Translations under genes and position numbers: made by a program
In this document: piece by piece, positions 8,512-20,586 of the stretch
Position numbering within the stretch: position 1 is the stretch's first letter
Layout of the letters: each line of letters opens with the position of its first letter
Notes under the pieces: model-generated
Told to the model about the DNA's origin: nothing
The model's input: the letters and a program-made list of their open reading frames with translations, nothing else
Database searches by the model: none
Assembly: GCA_905479295.1 (NCBI GenBank)
Contig: CAJQLY010000002.1
Coordinates: 118,887-182,886, forward strand
Length of the DNA stretch: 64,000 nt
Reading direction: 5' to 3'
Source: an uncultured Gammaproteobacteria bacterium
GTDB taxonomy: Bacteria; Pseudomonadota; Gammaproteobacteria; UBA4575

Positions 8512-11337
8512 ATGACGAATAAGGTCGTTATTAACGACTCGGTCCGTGCTCGCTGGCAGTCTCTTAAAACAGGCTATGCGTTTCCTCCAGCAGTGCTGGC
8601 AGCTGAAGCCCAGATTGAATGCCTGTTGAGTCAGAGTCGATTTTGCGAACAGGTGATTCGACAGCAGCCTGAATGCTTGCAGGCGATCATTCAGCAAGAG
8701 GGATTACAGCCGACGACCTACCGTACTCTATTAGAGCAAGAGTTACAGGGGGCTGGTGACGAGGCACAGTTACGTCATGGCTTAGCACGCTTTCGCAATC
8801 GTCAGATGCTGGCTATTTGTTGGCATGATTTGATCTTGCAATGTGATGTGCAGTCGGTGTTGCTAGCACTATCCGAGCTGGCTGATGTCTGTGTGCAGAT
8901 CGCTTGTCACTGTTTGCAGCAAAGCTTGAGCCAACAACATGGTGTCCCGAGAGTGGTCGCAACACCAGCAGATAATGTTGTAGAAGCAAAACAGGCGGAG
9001 TTTATTGTTGTCGCCCTAGGTAAGCTGGGTGGCCGTGAGCTTAACTTTTCATCAGATATTGATGTCATGTTTTGTTTTGATCATAACGGCTACTGTGATG
9101 GTGTTAAGGCGCTATCAAATAAAGAGTTTTTCACTAAATTAGGGCAAGCCTTGGTGCGTGTGCTGAATGACCGAGCTCAGCTGGTTTATCGCGTCGATTG
9201 TCGACTACGCCCTTTTGGTGACTCTGGTCCACTAGTGGTGAGTTTTGATCATCTACAAGAGTATTACCAAGTCCATGGTAGAGAATGGGAACGTTATGCT
9301 TTGGTTAAGGCGCGCTCTTTAAATGGTAGTGTAGCGGCACAAGAAGTGCTTAGCGCTATCTTAAAACCATTTGTTTATCGACAATATATTGATTTCACAG
9401 TGCTTCAGACCTTGCGGGAAATGAAGCATAAAATTGCGCAACAAGTGAGTCGTAAGCAACAAGTCGACCATCTCAAATTAGGGCCTGGCGGTATTCGCGA
9501 GATTGAATTTATCGCCCAACTATTACAGTTAATCAATGCTGGGCCAATGATGAGTCTGCAGACTCAATCGTTGTATAAGGCGTTGGAAGCTATCGAACAG
9601 ATGGCGTATTTATCACCACTGGAAGTAACCCGACTGTTGCAAAGCTATGAGTTTTTGCGACGTGCTGAAAATAGGCTGCAAATGTGGGATGACCGACAAG
9701 TGCATGAATTACCACGTGATGCTGAACAGCTGACCGTGCTAGCCCAGTCTATGGGCTACGATGATGTATTAGCATTCCGTTCAGCCTTGCAGGACTATCA
9801 GCAACAAGTGTCTGTCATTTTTGACAATATTGCAGCGGCACCATCAAAGGATCTACAGCCGACCGATATAGCGGAAGATTTTTGGCAAGAGTTGGTTGAA
9901 TCAGAGGATCAGTCTAAGTCAGAAGATGAGCTTGATTTACCACAGCTGTTCTTTCAGCAAGATGAAATCTTACAGCGTCTGAAGGGATTACTGAGTAGTC
10001 CGATCTATCGGACACAAGACGAAGTGGGTAGAGCACGTTTGCATGGCTTTATGCCAATTCTATTGCAACAACTGAGCAAGCGTGACGATGCAGTAGTTGT
10101 ATTGTCCCGATTGCTACCTGTATTACTCGCTATTTTGCGACGCTCAGCTTACCTACTCTTGCTGACAGAAAATGTTGGTATATTACGGCAATTAATTGCG
10201 GTGGTGGCGAGTAGCCCTTGGATTGCTAAACACGTCAGTAGTAATCCTATTCTGCTAGATGATTTGATTACAGCTGATAGTGATAAGCACCACAGAGCTG
10301 AACTACAGCAGCAATTTAAGCTCAGTATTCTGTCTCAAAAAGGGCTGGATGACGAACAAGTGCTAGAGCGAGTGAGGTTGTTTAAACATGCGGCCGAGTT
10401 ACGTATTGCCTGTGCTGATGTGCAAGGAGTGCTGCCACTGATGCAAGTGAGTGATCGTTTGAGTTGGTTGGCAGAGGTTGTGGTACAGGGTTGTTTGCAG
10501 TACCTCCAGCATCGTGAACAGCCAAGTCTGACAGATCAGCCAGCCTTGCCTAATCTGGCCGTGATTGCGTTTGGTAAATTGGGTGGTTTAGAACTAAGTT
10601 ACGGTTCGGACTTGGATTTGGTCTATCTGACAGACAGTCAATCACAGACTGACCCAGCGATGATCAAGCTGACCCGAAAGGCACAGGGTTTGAGCCGCAT
10701 GCTGAGTTTGCGTACGGTATCTGGCCAAATGTATGAAGTTGACCTGCGTTTACGACCAGATGGTAATGCTGGGCCTCTAGTCGCAACACTTCCAGCGATG
10801 CGTGAATATTATCGTTCGAGGGCTTGGTTGTGGGAATTGCAAGCCTTGGTTAGAGCGCGCTGTGTCGCTGGTGATGAAAGCATCGTACAAGCGTTTGAGC
10901 GACTACGACGTGATGTATTGTGTCAGCCACGAGAACAGCAGGCCTTAGCGCAGGAAGTGTTAGCGATGCGGCAAAAATTGATCCTAAATAAAAGCAATAC
11001 AGGCCCTCTACGGTTTAATTTGAAACACGATCTGGGAGGTATCACTGATATTGAATTTATGGTGCAATACGCGATTCTCGCAAATGCGCACCGAGAGCCA
11101 GCCCTATGTCGTTATTCAGATAACGTACGGCAGCTCACGATGCTTGCCGAGGCCGAGTTTATCGCCCCTGAAATGGCGCAGGATTTGAGCGAGATTTATT
11201 GCCAATATCGTAATGCTTCTCACCGTATGGCTTTGCAGACACAGCAAATAGGTGCTGTTGATGATGCGGATTTTTCAACACAGCGTGCGCTAGTGCAAAC
11301 GTATTGGAAGAAGTGTTTTGCGCTTTATCTAGATTAG
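8512..11337 (+). CDS. glnE: bifunctional glutamine synthetase adenylyltransferase/adenylyl-removing enzyme
   Basis: 941 aa with two nucleotidyltransferase halves (GKLGGRELNFSSDIDVMF and GKLGGLELSYGSDLDLVY). Confidence 0.95.
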   Translation: MTNKVVINDSVRARWQSLKTGYAFPPAVLAAEAQIECLLSQSRFCEQVIRQQPECLQAIIQQEGLQPTTYRTLLEQELQGAGDEAQLRHGLARFRNRQMLAICWHDLILQCDVQSVLLALSELADVCVQIACHCLQQSLSQQHGVPRVVATPADNVVEAKQAEFIVVALGKLGGRELNFSSDIDVMFCFDHNGYCDGVKALSNKEFFTKLGQALVRVLNDRAQLVYRVDCRLRPFGDSGPLVVSFDHLQEYYQVHGREWERYALVKARSLNGSVAAQEVLSAILKPFVYRQYIDFTVLQTLREMKHKIAQQVSRKQQVDHLKLGPGGIREIEFIAQLLQLINAGPMMSLQTQSLYKALEAIEQMAYLSPLEVTRLLQSYEFLRRAENRLQMWDDRQVHELPRDAEQLTVLAQSMGYDDVLAFRSALQDYQQQVSVIFDNIAAAPSKDLQPTDIAEDFWQELVESEDQSKSEDELDLPQLFFQQDEILQRLKGLLSSPIYRTQDEVGRARLHGFMPILLQQLSKRDDAVVVLSRLLPVLLAILRRSAYLLLLTENVGILRQLIAVVASSPWIAKHVSSNPILLDDLITADSDKHHRAELQQQFKLSILSQKGLDDEQVLERVRLFKHAAELRIACADVQGVLPLMQVSDRLSWLAEVVVQGCLQYLQHREQPSLTDQPALPNLAVIAFGKLGGLELSYGSDLDLVYLTDSQSQTDPAMIKLTRKAQGLSRMLSLRTVSGQMYEVDLRLRPDGNAGPLVATLPAMREYYRSRAWLWELQALVRARCVAGDESIVQAFERLRRDVLCQPREQQALAQEVLAMRQKLILNKSNTGPLRFNLKHDLGGITDIEFMVQYAILANAHREPALCRYSDNVRQLTMLAEAEFIAPEMAQDLSEIYCQYRNASHRMALQTQQIGAVDDADFSTQRALVQTYWKKCFALYLD

Positions 11338-11412
11338 ATAAGGCGATAACCGCTAAGCAAGTTAGCAATGATTTTTGTTACTTTAATGATGAAAGAGTTT
11401 AGGAGCTAGAAG

Positions 11413-12336
11413 ATGTCGATGTCTGATCGAGATGGCGTAATTTGGAACGATGGCGAGTTAGTAGACTGGCGGTCGGCTGAAACACATGTGCTTACACATA
11501 CCTTGCACTATGGTACAGGTGTATTTGAGGGCGTACGTGCTTATGACGCAAAGCAAGGTCCATCTATATTTCGTTTACAAGATCATACGCAGCGATTGTT
11601 TAACTCTGCAAAAATCATCGGTATGAAGATTCCATATACACAGGATGAGATCAATCAAGCACATCTTGATGTGATTAAACAGAATGGCGTGCGCTTCGGC
11701 TATATTCGTCCAATGTGTTTCTATGGCTCACAGGGTATGGGCTTACGCGCTGACAACCTCAAGGTTCATGTGATGGTGGCTGGCTGGGAGTGGGGCGCAT
11801 ATATGGGTAAGGAAAAACTAGCAGAAGGCATTAAGGTTAGAACATCTTCTTATACCCGACATCATGTGAACACTACGATGTGTAAAGCAAAGGTGAATGG
11901 TCATTACGTTAATTCGATGTTGGCTTTGCAAGAAGCCAATCGCGATGGTTATGATGAGGCGCTGTTACTCGACCCACAGGGTTATGTTGCTGAAGGTAGT
12001 GGCGAAAACGTATTCTTGATTAAAGATGGCTGTCTCGTAACGCCGTCTTTAACCTCTGCTTTGGATGGCATTACGCGCAAAACGATTCTCGCAATCGCTG
12101 CTGATTTCGGTATTCCTGTTATTGAAAAACAGATGACACGAGATGAATTTTATGTGGCTGATGAAGCCTTCTTTACCGGTACTGCTGCAGAAGTGACACC
12201 AATTAGAGAGCTAGATGGTCGTACCATCGGTTGTGGCGCACGTGGTCCAATTACAGAGCGGCTGCAAAGTATGTTCTTTCAGATCGTGCATGGCGAAGTT
12301 GAAAAATACCAAGACTGGGTAACACCTATAGCATAG
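11413..12336 (+). CDS. ilvE: branched-chain amino acid aminotransferase
   Basis: 307 aa class IV aminotransferase (HTLHYGTGVFEGVRAY, EGSGENVF, GITR). Confidence 0.93.
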   Translation: MSMSDRDGVIWNDGELVDWRSAETHVLTHTLHYGTGVFEGVRAYDAKQGPSIFRLQDHTQRLFNSAKIIGMKIPYTQDEINQAHLDVIKQNGVRFGYIRPMCFYGSQGMGLRADNLKVHVMVAGWEWGAYMGKEKLAEGIKVRTSSYTRHHVNTTMCKAKVNGHYVNSMLALQEANRDGYDEALLLDPQGYVAEGSGENVFLIKDGCLVTPSLTSALDGITRKTILAIAADFGIPVIEKQMTRDEFYVADEAFFTGTAAEVTPIRELDGRTIGCGARGPITERLQSMFFQIVHGEVEKYQDWVTPIA

Positions 12337-12351
12337 GGTATTAACGCCTTG

Positions 12352-13716
12352 TTATTGCAGCCAAGCTTCAATCTCAAACAAATCAGTACTACTTAAAATA
12401 CCGGCAGCCTGCTTTAAACGTAGGCTGTCGATTAAGTAATCATAACGTGCGCGAGCATGATTCCTCTTAGCTTGAAATAGTCGCCGTTGTGCCAGTAGCA
12501 CATCGACTGAATTGCGAGTGCCCACTTCAAAGCCCAATTCGGTTGCTTCAGCGGCTAATTGAGCTGATTCAGTAGCTCTAGCAAATGCCTCAATGCGACT
12601 AATGTCCGCTACTACGTTGTGATAGGCCGTGCGTGTATCACGAGTCACTTCTCGACGCAGTTGGGCATTTGATTCCTGTGCTGCTTGATAGAGATAGCTG
12701 CCTTCCTTGCTGGTGTAATAGGTACGACCACCTTGGAAGATTGGTAGTGATAATTCGAGGCCAATACGTGAACTTTTGCTATGGCGCGAGCCACTGATAC
12801 CACCGGTATCGCTGTCGTTATAGGTAGCGATAATGTCGAGGGTCGGCAGGTATCCAGCTTGTCGTTTAGCAATTTCTTGCTTAGCGATTTTTGTGTCGTA
12901 ATTGTTGATTAGTAGGCTAAGATTTTGCTGCAAAGCAGTCTCTACCCAGTCTTCAATATAATCTGGGTTGGGTCGACTTAATGGCATCTTGCTAGCTAAT
13001 GGTGTTACTTGCTGAATGCGATCTCCAATGATGACGGCGAGCTCATCGAGTGCCAGCTCGACTGTAATTTTGGCATCAATCTCTGCGGCGACTGCTTGGT
13101 CATAGACGGCTTGCGCATCTTTCATATCAGTGATTGCAGCTAGCCCGACCTCAAAACGAATCTTGGCTTGTTCATGTTGTCGCTGACTTGCCTCTTTTTC
13201 AGAGCGAGCAAATGTCAGCGTATCTTCAGCGCCGAGTACATTAAAGTAGGCCTCTGCCACGCGTAGTATCAGCGTTTGTTCACTAGCATCTAATACGGCC
13301 TGTGCCTTTGCCACCGTATTTTTTGCTTGTCGTAGCTGCACATAAAGGCCGTGATTGTATAGCGGTTGGTCTAGACGTAAGGAAAAACCATGTGAGTTGT
13401 AGTCTGCTGATGAGCCAGGTACACCAAAGGTATTACCAACAGTCTTAATATAGTTGTCAGAAGTTTCTGCCGTTAGGCTGACTTGCGGTAACAATGAAGC
13501 GCGTGCCAAGGGACGTGCTAGGACGCTAGCTTCGAAATTAGCACGCGCCTCTCTAATTTGAGCGTCACGTACTAGGGCCTGGTTAAAGACCTCAGATAAA
13601 CCTTCCGCCTGTAATGAATTAAGTGATGCTGCTAAGCATAGGGTAAATATGTAAAGGAACTTATACATGGCATATCTCATCAAGTGATCACTAATAGCTG
13701 GCCATATGGGGGTCAA
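12352..13716 (-). CDS. tolC: TolC family outer membrane channel
   Basis: Two-repeat OEP architecture. The signal peptide MYKFLYIFTLCLAASLNSLQA begins at the internal Met (start 13668), which removes the overlap with the rhodanese gene. Confidence 0.85.
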   Translation of the reverse strand: MTPIWPAISDHLMRYAMYKFLYIFTLCLAASLNSLQAEGLSEVFNQALVRDAQIREARANFEASVLARPLARASLLPQVSLTAETSDNYIKTVGNTFGVPGSSADYNSHGFSLRLDQPLYNHGLYVQLRQAKNTVAKAQAVLDASEQTLILRVAEAYFNVLGAEDTLTFARSEKEASQRQHEQAKIRFEVGLAAITDMKDAQAVYDQAVAAEIDAKITVELALDELAVIIGDRIQQVTPLASKMPLSRPNPDYIEDWVETALQQNLSLLINNYDTKIAKQEIAKRQAGYLPTLDIIATYNDSDTGGISGSRHSKSSRIGLELSLPIFQGGRTYYTSKEGSYLYQAAQESNAQLRREVTRDTRTAYHNVVADISRIEAFARATESAQLAAEATELGFEVGTRNSVDVLLAQRRLFQAKRNHARARYDYLIDSLRLKQAAGILSSTDLFEIEAWLQ

Positions 13717-14104
13717 CTTGTTTGGCCCATTGATCTATACCGCCGGATAAATTTATGACGCGCGAAAAATCTTGTTGGGCCATGTAGTTTGCTACCGCAC
13801 GGCTACGAATACCATGATGACAAATGATTACGATTTCGGCGTCAAGGTCAAACTGACTGAGGGTACTGGGGATTTCACGCATAGGTACATGTACAGTATG
13901 GGGTAGCTGACATTTCTCAAGCTCCCAGGCCTCACGCACATCTAAAAGGATGGGTTGATTGGCCGAATCTTCTAGGTGCTGTTGCAGCTCTAACGCTGAC
14001 ATTTCAGTAAAACTCAAAACACTACTCCAGTTTGGCCGATAGGCCTCTATCTGCGCAATATCATACCGAATTAAGTGCTGCATAGTAATTGCACAAAGTT
14101 TCAC
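13691..14104 (-). CDS. rhodanese-like sulfurtransferase domain protein
   Basis: Active-site loop CHHGIRS. A single rhodanese domain probably starts at the internal Met (14002, MSALELQQ). Confidence 0.8.
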   Translation of the reverse strand: MKLCAITMQHLIRYDIAQIEAYRPNWSSVLSFTEMSALELQQHLEDSANQPILLDVREAWELEKCQLPHTVHVPMREIPSTLSQFDLDAEIVIICHHGIRSRAVANYMAQQDFSRVINLSGGIDQWAKQVDPHMASY

Positions 14105-14142
14105 TATTGAAAAGACTTAGATAGAGGTTATAGTCACCTTAA

Positions 14143-16080
<1,938 letters not shown>

Positions 16081-16127
16081 ATCGGGGCATACTTTTCTTA
16101 GTCTGTTGAGCTACTCATCACTGCAGG

Positions 16128-16496
16128 TTAATCCCAGCTGGTGGGTATCTCATAACCGTTATCAACTAAGGCGTCGGTCAATTCTTGGCCGTCGTATCCA
16201 TGAAGAATACTGTCGCCAATAATAATGATTGGCACGCCGCTAGATCCTAGTTTTTTATAATCCGTGCGGCCTTTCTCACTGTGTTCTACATCGTAGTCGT
16301 GGTAATTGATTTGGTATTGTTTGAGTGTTGCTCGCAGGCTGACACAAAAGTCACACCAGTCTGTGGTGTAAATCACGATAGGGCTTGTAATAGTGGAGCT
16401 CTCAGCGGTTATATGGCCTAGATTATTGTGTTCAGAAAGCAGCCATAGGCCTAGCGCAAATAGTATGCCAAGGCTTGCTATGAGGTTCTTTTTCAC
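16128..16496 (-). CDS. membrane-anchored/secreted glutaredoxin-like protein
   Basis: N-terminal hydrophobic helix. Thioredoxin-fold CxxC (WCDFC) plus a GVPIIIIG glutaredoxin-like motif. Confidence 0.6.
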   Translation of the reverse strand: MKKNLIASLGILFALGLWLLSEHNNLGHITAESSTITSPIVIYTTDWCDFCVSLRATLKQYQINYHDYDVEHSEKGRTDYKKLGSSGVPIIIIGDSILHGYDGQELTDALVDNGYEIPTSWD

Positions 16497-16604
16497 GAGT
16501 GTCTCCTAAATGCAGCGGTGTTGTTGACAGGCCTATATTAGTAATTCATTATATACTATAACTAGTGCTATAATGACTCATTAAATTAACAGAGGAATTG
16601 TTCT

Positions 16605-16994
16605 ATGTTCAATGCACTATCCATCCCATTTGGCTGTGTCATGTTATACAACGTGGTTAAGCTTAAAGAAGGGGTTCCACTCGAAGCGGTTGAAATGGCA
16701 CTAGGCGAAATGTGCAATGTCGTTAAAAACACTTATGGTGATGATAACGGTGGCTTCATTGGTGGCCAGGTCTATAAATTTGGTGGTTTCATCTCTGAGC
16801 AAGGCTCGGTTGGCTCAAGTAAGAAAGCCGATGATCATTTGGCTATAGTGACTTATTGGCAGTCGTATGAGCAGCATGAGAAGTCACATGCCGATGCAAC
16901 TTTTAAAGAAAAGTTTGATGCCTTAGCTGAGTTCGCAACAGATACCTATGAAATGGGCTATGAAATGTTGTGGCAGGGTGATGCTAACGAGTAG
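16605..16994 (+). CDS. hypothetical protein (possibly ferredoxin-like/ABM fold)
   Basis: 129-aa ORF with a good intergenic context and no diagnostic motif. The fold guess is weak. Confidence 0.4.
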   Translation: MFNALSIPFGCVMLYNVVKLKEGVPLEAVEMALGEMCNVVKNTYGDDNGGFIGGQVYKFGGFISEQGSVGSSKKADDHLAIVTYWQSYEQHEKSHADATFKEKFDALAEFATDTYEMGYEMLWQGDANE

Positions 16995-17072
16995 CTGGTG
17001 TTAAGGCATTTAATGCCGACTTAAATGTAAAGCTGGTTATTAGCCACTTTCATGGTGCACTCTAATATTCTA

Positions 17073-17849
17073 TCAATTAGAACTAGCGAGTTTAGTTAAG
17101 ACATAAGCTGAGGCATGGATGCCAAAGCCTGCTGTCACAGCCATTAAAGAGCCAAAGCCAGTAGCGCAGTTCAAGCCACCTGTGGTATCTGACTGTTCTT
17201 TTTTATAGGTTACGCCAGCGTCTGCCGTTGGGTAGCGTAACGCCTCTGCTGAAAAGACACAGGGGATATCAAAACGTCTCTTTATATTTCTTGGAAAATT
17301 AAAATCGGTACGTAATAATTTGCGTGTGCGTGAGAGTAAGGCATCACCTTCTGACCGCGTGAGGTCTACCACTTGAATACGACTGGGATCGATGCGGCCA
17401 CCAGCGCCACCAACGGTGAGTAGTTTTTGTTTTTTGCGATGGCAGTAATTGATTAATGCCGCCTTGGTACGAAAGTCATCGATGCAATCAACAACATAGC
17501 TGAACTCCCGATCGATCAGTTGTTCAATATTGTCATTGCTGAGATGTTCGTCAATTAGTCGCAGCTCGCAATCTGGATTAATCTCTCGAATACGTTCAGC
17601 CATAGCTTCAATTTTAGACTGACCTATTGTGCTGCTCATGGCTTGGATCTGACGATTAATATTGGACTCACTAACATGATCTAAGTCGATCAGTGTCAGT
17701 GTACCGACACCACTACGTGCAAGTGACTCGACAACCCAAGAGCCAACACCGCCAATGCCAATCACACAGACATGGCTGGAGAAGATACCTTGTGCTGCAA
17801 CAGCACCATAAAGTTTTTCAATTCCGCTAAAACGTTTACTCGTCGACAT
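17073..17849 (-). CDS. tcdA: tRNA threonylcarbamoyladenosine dehydratase (ThiF/MoeB-family, TcdA/CsdL-like)
   Basis: 258 aa. Rossmann motif VIGIGGVGSW, then DLDHV..SNINRQ, as in E1-like TcdA. Confidence 0.8.
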   Translation of the reverse strand: MSTSKRFSGIEKLYGAVAAQGIFSSHVCVIGIGGVGSWVVESLARSGVGTLTLIDLDHVSESNINRQIQAMSSTIGQSKIEAMAERIREINPDCELRLIDEHLSNDNIEQLIDREFSYVVDCIDDFRTKAALINYCHRKKQKLLTVGGAGGRIDPSRIQVVDLTRSEGDALLSRTRKLLRTDFNFPRNIKRRFDIPCVFSAEALRYPTADAGVTYKKEQSDTTGGLNCATGFGSLMAVTAGFGIHASAYVLTKLASSN

Positions 17850-17902
17850 TGATTGCTGAATTCACTAGGCTGTAGGGGTACTCAGATTTTATAGTAGATT
17901 GC

Positions 17903-18667
17903 ATGAAGCTGATAGACACTCACTGCCACCTTGATTTTGAAGTCTTTGCTGATGATCGTCAGCAAGTGATGACACGTGCGCAGGCCTTGGGGGTAGATCA
18001 CTTTGTTGTACCTGCGGTGCAACAGAGTAGCTGGCAGCAGCTTTTAGCATTGTTTCAGCGGCAAGATTTTGTGCATGTAGCGCTAGGGATGCACCCGATG
18101 TTTATGTCGCAACATGAAGAGTCACATATCGCGTTATTAGACCATGCCTTACAGCAACAGCGGCCGGCCGCAGTGGGCGAAATCGGCCTTGATTTTTACT
18201 CTGCTGAGAGTGATCGTCAGGCGCAATTAAAGCTATTCAGGGCGCAGTTACAGTTGGCGGCTGAATATGAACTACCAGTTATTCTGCATGTGCGTAAGGC
18301 ACATGATGAGGTCTTGCAGTGCCTGCGTGATATACCGGTAGTGGCCGGTATTGTGCATGCTTTTAATGGCAGCCTGCAGCAGGCCGGGCACTATATTGGA
18401 ATGAACTTCAAACTAGGTTTTGGTGGCATGCTGACCTATTCGCATTCGACTAAACTACGTCATCTCGCGCAGCAGTTACCATTAGAAGCCTTGGTTCTAG
18501 AGACGGATGCTCCTGATATGACGGTGATGCAATATCGAGGACAGCGGAATAGCCCTGAATATCTACCCTATTGTCTAGAAGCATTGGCGACAGTACGTGG
18601 CCAGTCTAAAGCAGCTATTGCTGAAGCGACTTCAGCTAATGCACGACAGCTATTAGGGATTATTTGA
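17903..18667 (+). CDS. TatD family metal-dependent hydrolase
   Basis: DTHCHLDF at the N-terminus, plus EIGLD, ILHVR, VHAF and ETDAP motifs. Confidence 0.85.
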   Translation: MKLIDTHCHLDFEVFADDRQQVMTRAQALGVDHFVVPAVQQSSWQQLLALFQRQDFVHVALGMHPMFMSQHEESHIALLDHALQQQRPAAVGEIGLDFYSAESDRQAQLKLFRAQLQLAAEYELPVILHVRKAHDEVLQCLRDIPVVAGIVHAFNGSLQQAGHYIGMNFKLGFGGMLTYSHSTKLRHLAQQLPLEALVLETDAPDMTVMQYRGQRNSPEYLPYCLEALATVRGQSKAAIAEATSANARQLLGII

Positions 18668-19152
18668 TGGCAAGTTTGATAAGTCGTGTCAGCTCTTTTT
18701 TATCAGCACCTAGAGCAGGTGTTCATGTTTTGCTTAGGCAAAAGCCCACCTTACAGGCAAGTGCTGAGGCACTGCGACAACCACTTGTTTTAGGCGAGGT
18801 TGAAGCCTTGGAACAAGCCTGCCAACAATTAGTTGATCAGCTCTGTGATGCCTTAAATTGCGTTAGAGTAAAGGTACATATTATGGAGCGTAGACCGCAT
18901 GATCGGCGTGGTGAACTGCATGGTCTTTATGAGGTCAAGCAACGAGGTATGCGTCAGGCACGTATCTATGTTTGGATGCGTACGGCTAAGCGGCAGCAGC
19001 TGGTTGCCTATAAAACATTTTTACGAACTTTAGCGCATGAGTGTTGCCACCATTTAGATCTTACGCATTACCACTTGGCAGATTCCCTACACACGAGTAA
19101 TTTCTATAAACGAGAATCTAGCTTATATAAGCAATTGCTAGGTAACGATTAA
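18667..19152 (+). CDS. hypothetical protein with HExxH motif
   Basis: The ATG overlaps the tatD stop (TGATG). Contains [10 protein letters not shown], a putative zinc-metallopeptidase-like motif. Confidence 0.55.
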   Translation: MASLISRVSSFLSAPRAGVHVLLRQKPTLQASAEALRQPLVLGEVEALEQACQQLVDQLCDALNCVRVKVHIMERRPHDRRGELHGLYEVKQRGMRQARIYVWMRTAKRQQLVAYKTFLRTLAHECCHHLDLTHYHLADSLHTSNFYKRESSLYKQLLGND

Positions 19153-19172
19153 ATATACAAAAAAGAGAAAGC

Positions 19173-19829
19173 ATGGCCATTTTCAATCCATCTGAAAGAC
19201 TAATGATGCCGACGGCAGAACAAGCCTTACCTGGTCGTTCTCAGGCGATGCCTGTGTCTGCACCACATCACGTACTTGGTACGCCGTTGCAAGGCCCCTT
19301 TGCTGAAGGCAGTAAAAAACTGTTATTAGGCATGGGTTGTTTCTGGGGGGTTGAACGTAAGCTATGGCAGCAGCAGGGCGTCTTAGTGACTGCTGTTGGT
19401 TACGCTGGTGGGCTCACTCCAAATGCAACCTATGACGAGGTATGCACTGGTATGACTGGGCATAACGAAGTAGTGCTTGTGGTCTATGATCCAGCGCAAA
19501 CCACATTGGAAACGTTGCTTGCAGTCTTTTGGCAATCACATAATCCAACCCAAGGCATGCGCCAAGGCAACGATATGGGTACGCAATATCGTTCGGGTCT
19601 TTATCTCTATAGTGAATCAGATTTACAGCTGGCAGAGGCTGCACGTATGACTTATGCAAGCTGTTTGAAACAAGCGGGTGTAACTGTAGCGATCACGACT
19701 GAGATCATGCCAGCCCCTGAGTTTTACTATGCTGAAGAGTATCACCAGCAATATCTAGCAAAAAACCCTGCGGGCTACTGTGGCTTGGCTGGGATCGGTG
19801 TCGACTATTCACAGACAGCACAGGTATAG
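19173..19829 (+). CDS. msrA: peptide-methionine (S)-S-oxide reductase
   Basis: GMGCFWGVE active-site motif; 218 aa. Confidence 0.95.
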   Translation: MAIFNPSERLMMPTAEQALPGRSQAMPVSAPHHVLGTPLQGPFAEGSKKLLLGMGCFWGVERKLWQQQGVLVTAVGYAGGLTPNATYDEVCTGMTGHNEVVLVVYDPAQTTLETLLAVFWQSHNPTQGMRQGNDMGTQYRSGLYLYSESDLQLAEAARMTYASCLKQAGVTVAITTEIMPAPEFYYAEEYHQQYLAKNPAGYCGLAGIGVDYSQTAQV

Positions 19830-19901
19830 CTTCTTGTGCAGTGCAAGCGTACTCGTGTTTTTACTGGCTTGGCGTATATTTACATCTAATTAATAAAGAT
19901 A

Positions 19902-20567
19902 GTGATAGAAAATATTATGAGTGATGAATCAATCTCGGATTTACGGAAGGACTACCAAAAAGACAGTCTGACTCGAGCCGACCTATTAGCTGACCCAATA
20001 CAGCAATTTCAGTTGTGGCTGGATGTTGCGCGTAAAGCCAAAGTGCTGGAGCCAACTGCGATGAACCTGGCAACCTCTTCTGCTGATGGTGTTATTTCTT
20101 CACGCATGGTTTTGTTGAAGGATTTGGACCAACGTGGTTTTTCTTTCTTCACCAATTATGAAAGTCGTAAGGCGAATGATCTTGCTGAGCATAGTCGTGC
20201 CGCACTATGTTTTTGGTGGGGTGACTTAGAGCGACAAGTACGCATTGAAGGTGTGATTGAAAAAGTCAGTGCGGCTGAGAGTGACCATTATTATAGTCGT
20301 CGTCCACGTGGTAGTCGGATTGGAGCGATTGCTTCACGCCAAAGTACCAAGCTGAGTTCACATGCAGAATTAGAGCAACAGGTGCAGGTGGTAGAACAGC
20401 AGTATGCGGATGGCGAAGAGATTCAACGTCCAGACTACTGGGGTGGCTACCGTGTTTTACCAAATAGTCTCGAGTTTTGGCAGGGTCGTCCTAGTCGCTT
20501 GCACGATCGATTCTGTTATCAACTAGCAGAAGATGGTCAATGGCAGATCACACGTTTGTCACCTTAG
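19902..20567 (+). CDS. pdxH: pyridoxamine 5'-phosphate oxidase
   Basis: PdxH motifs (RMVLLK, FFTNYESRK, RIEG, EFWQGRPSRLHDR). The ATG at 19917 is also possible. Confidence 0.93.
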   Translation: MIENIMSDESISDLRKDYQKDSLTRADLLADPIQQFQLWLDVARKAKVLEPTAMNLATSSADGVISSRMVLLKDLDQRGFSFFTNYESRKANDLAEHSRAALCFWWGDLERQVRIEGVIEKVSAAESDHYYSRRPRGSRIGAIASRQSTKLSSHAELEQQVQVVEQQYADGEEIQRPDYWGGYRVLPNSLEFWQGRPSRLHDRFCYQLAEDGQWQITRLSP

Positions 20568-20586
20568 AATAGCCATGGCTAGTGAC

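Noticed and set aside
20570-20581. Perfect 12-nt palindrome TAGCCATGGCTA between convergent pdxH and ptrB.
   Set aside because: With no loop, it cannot form a stable terminator hairpin. It is probably a chance palindrome or restriction-site-like sequence.
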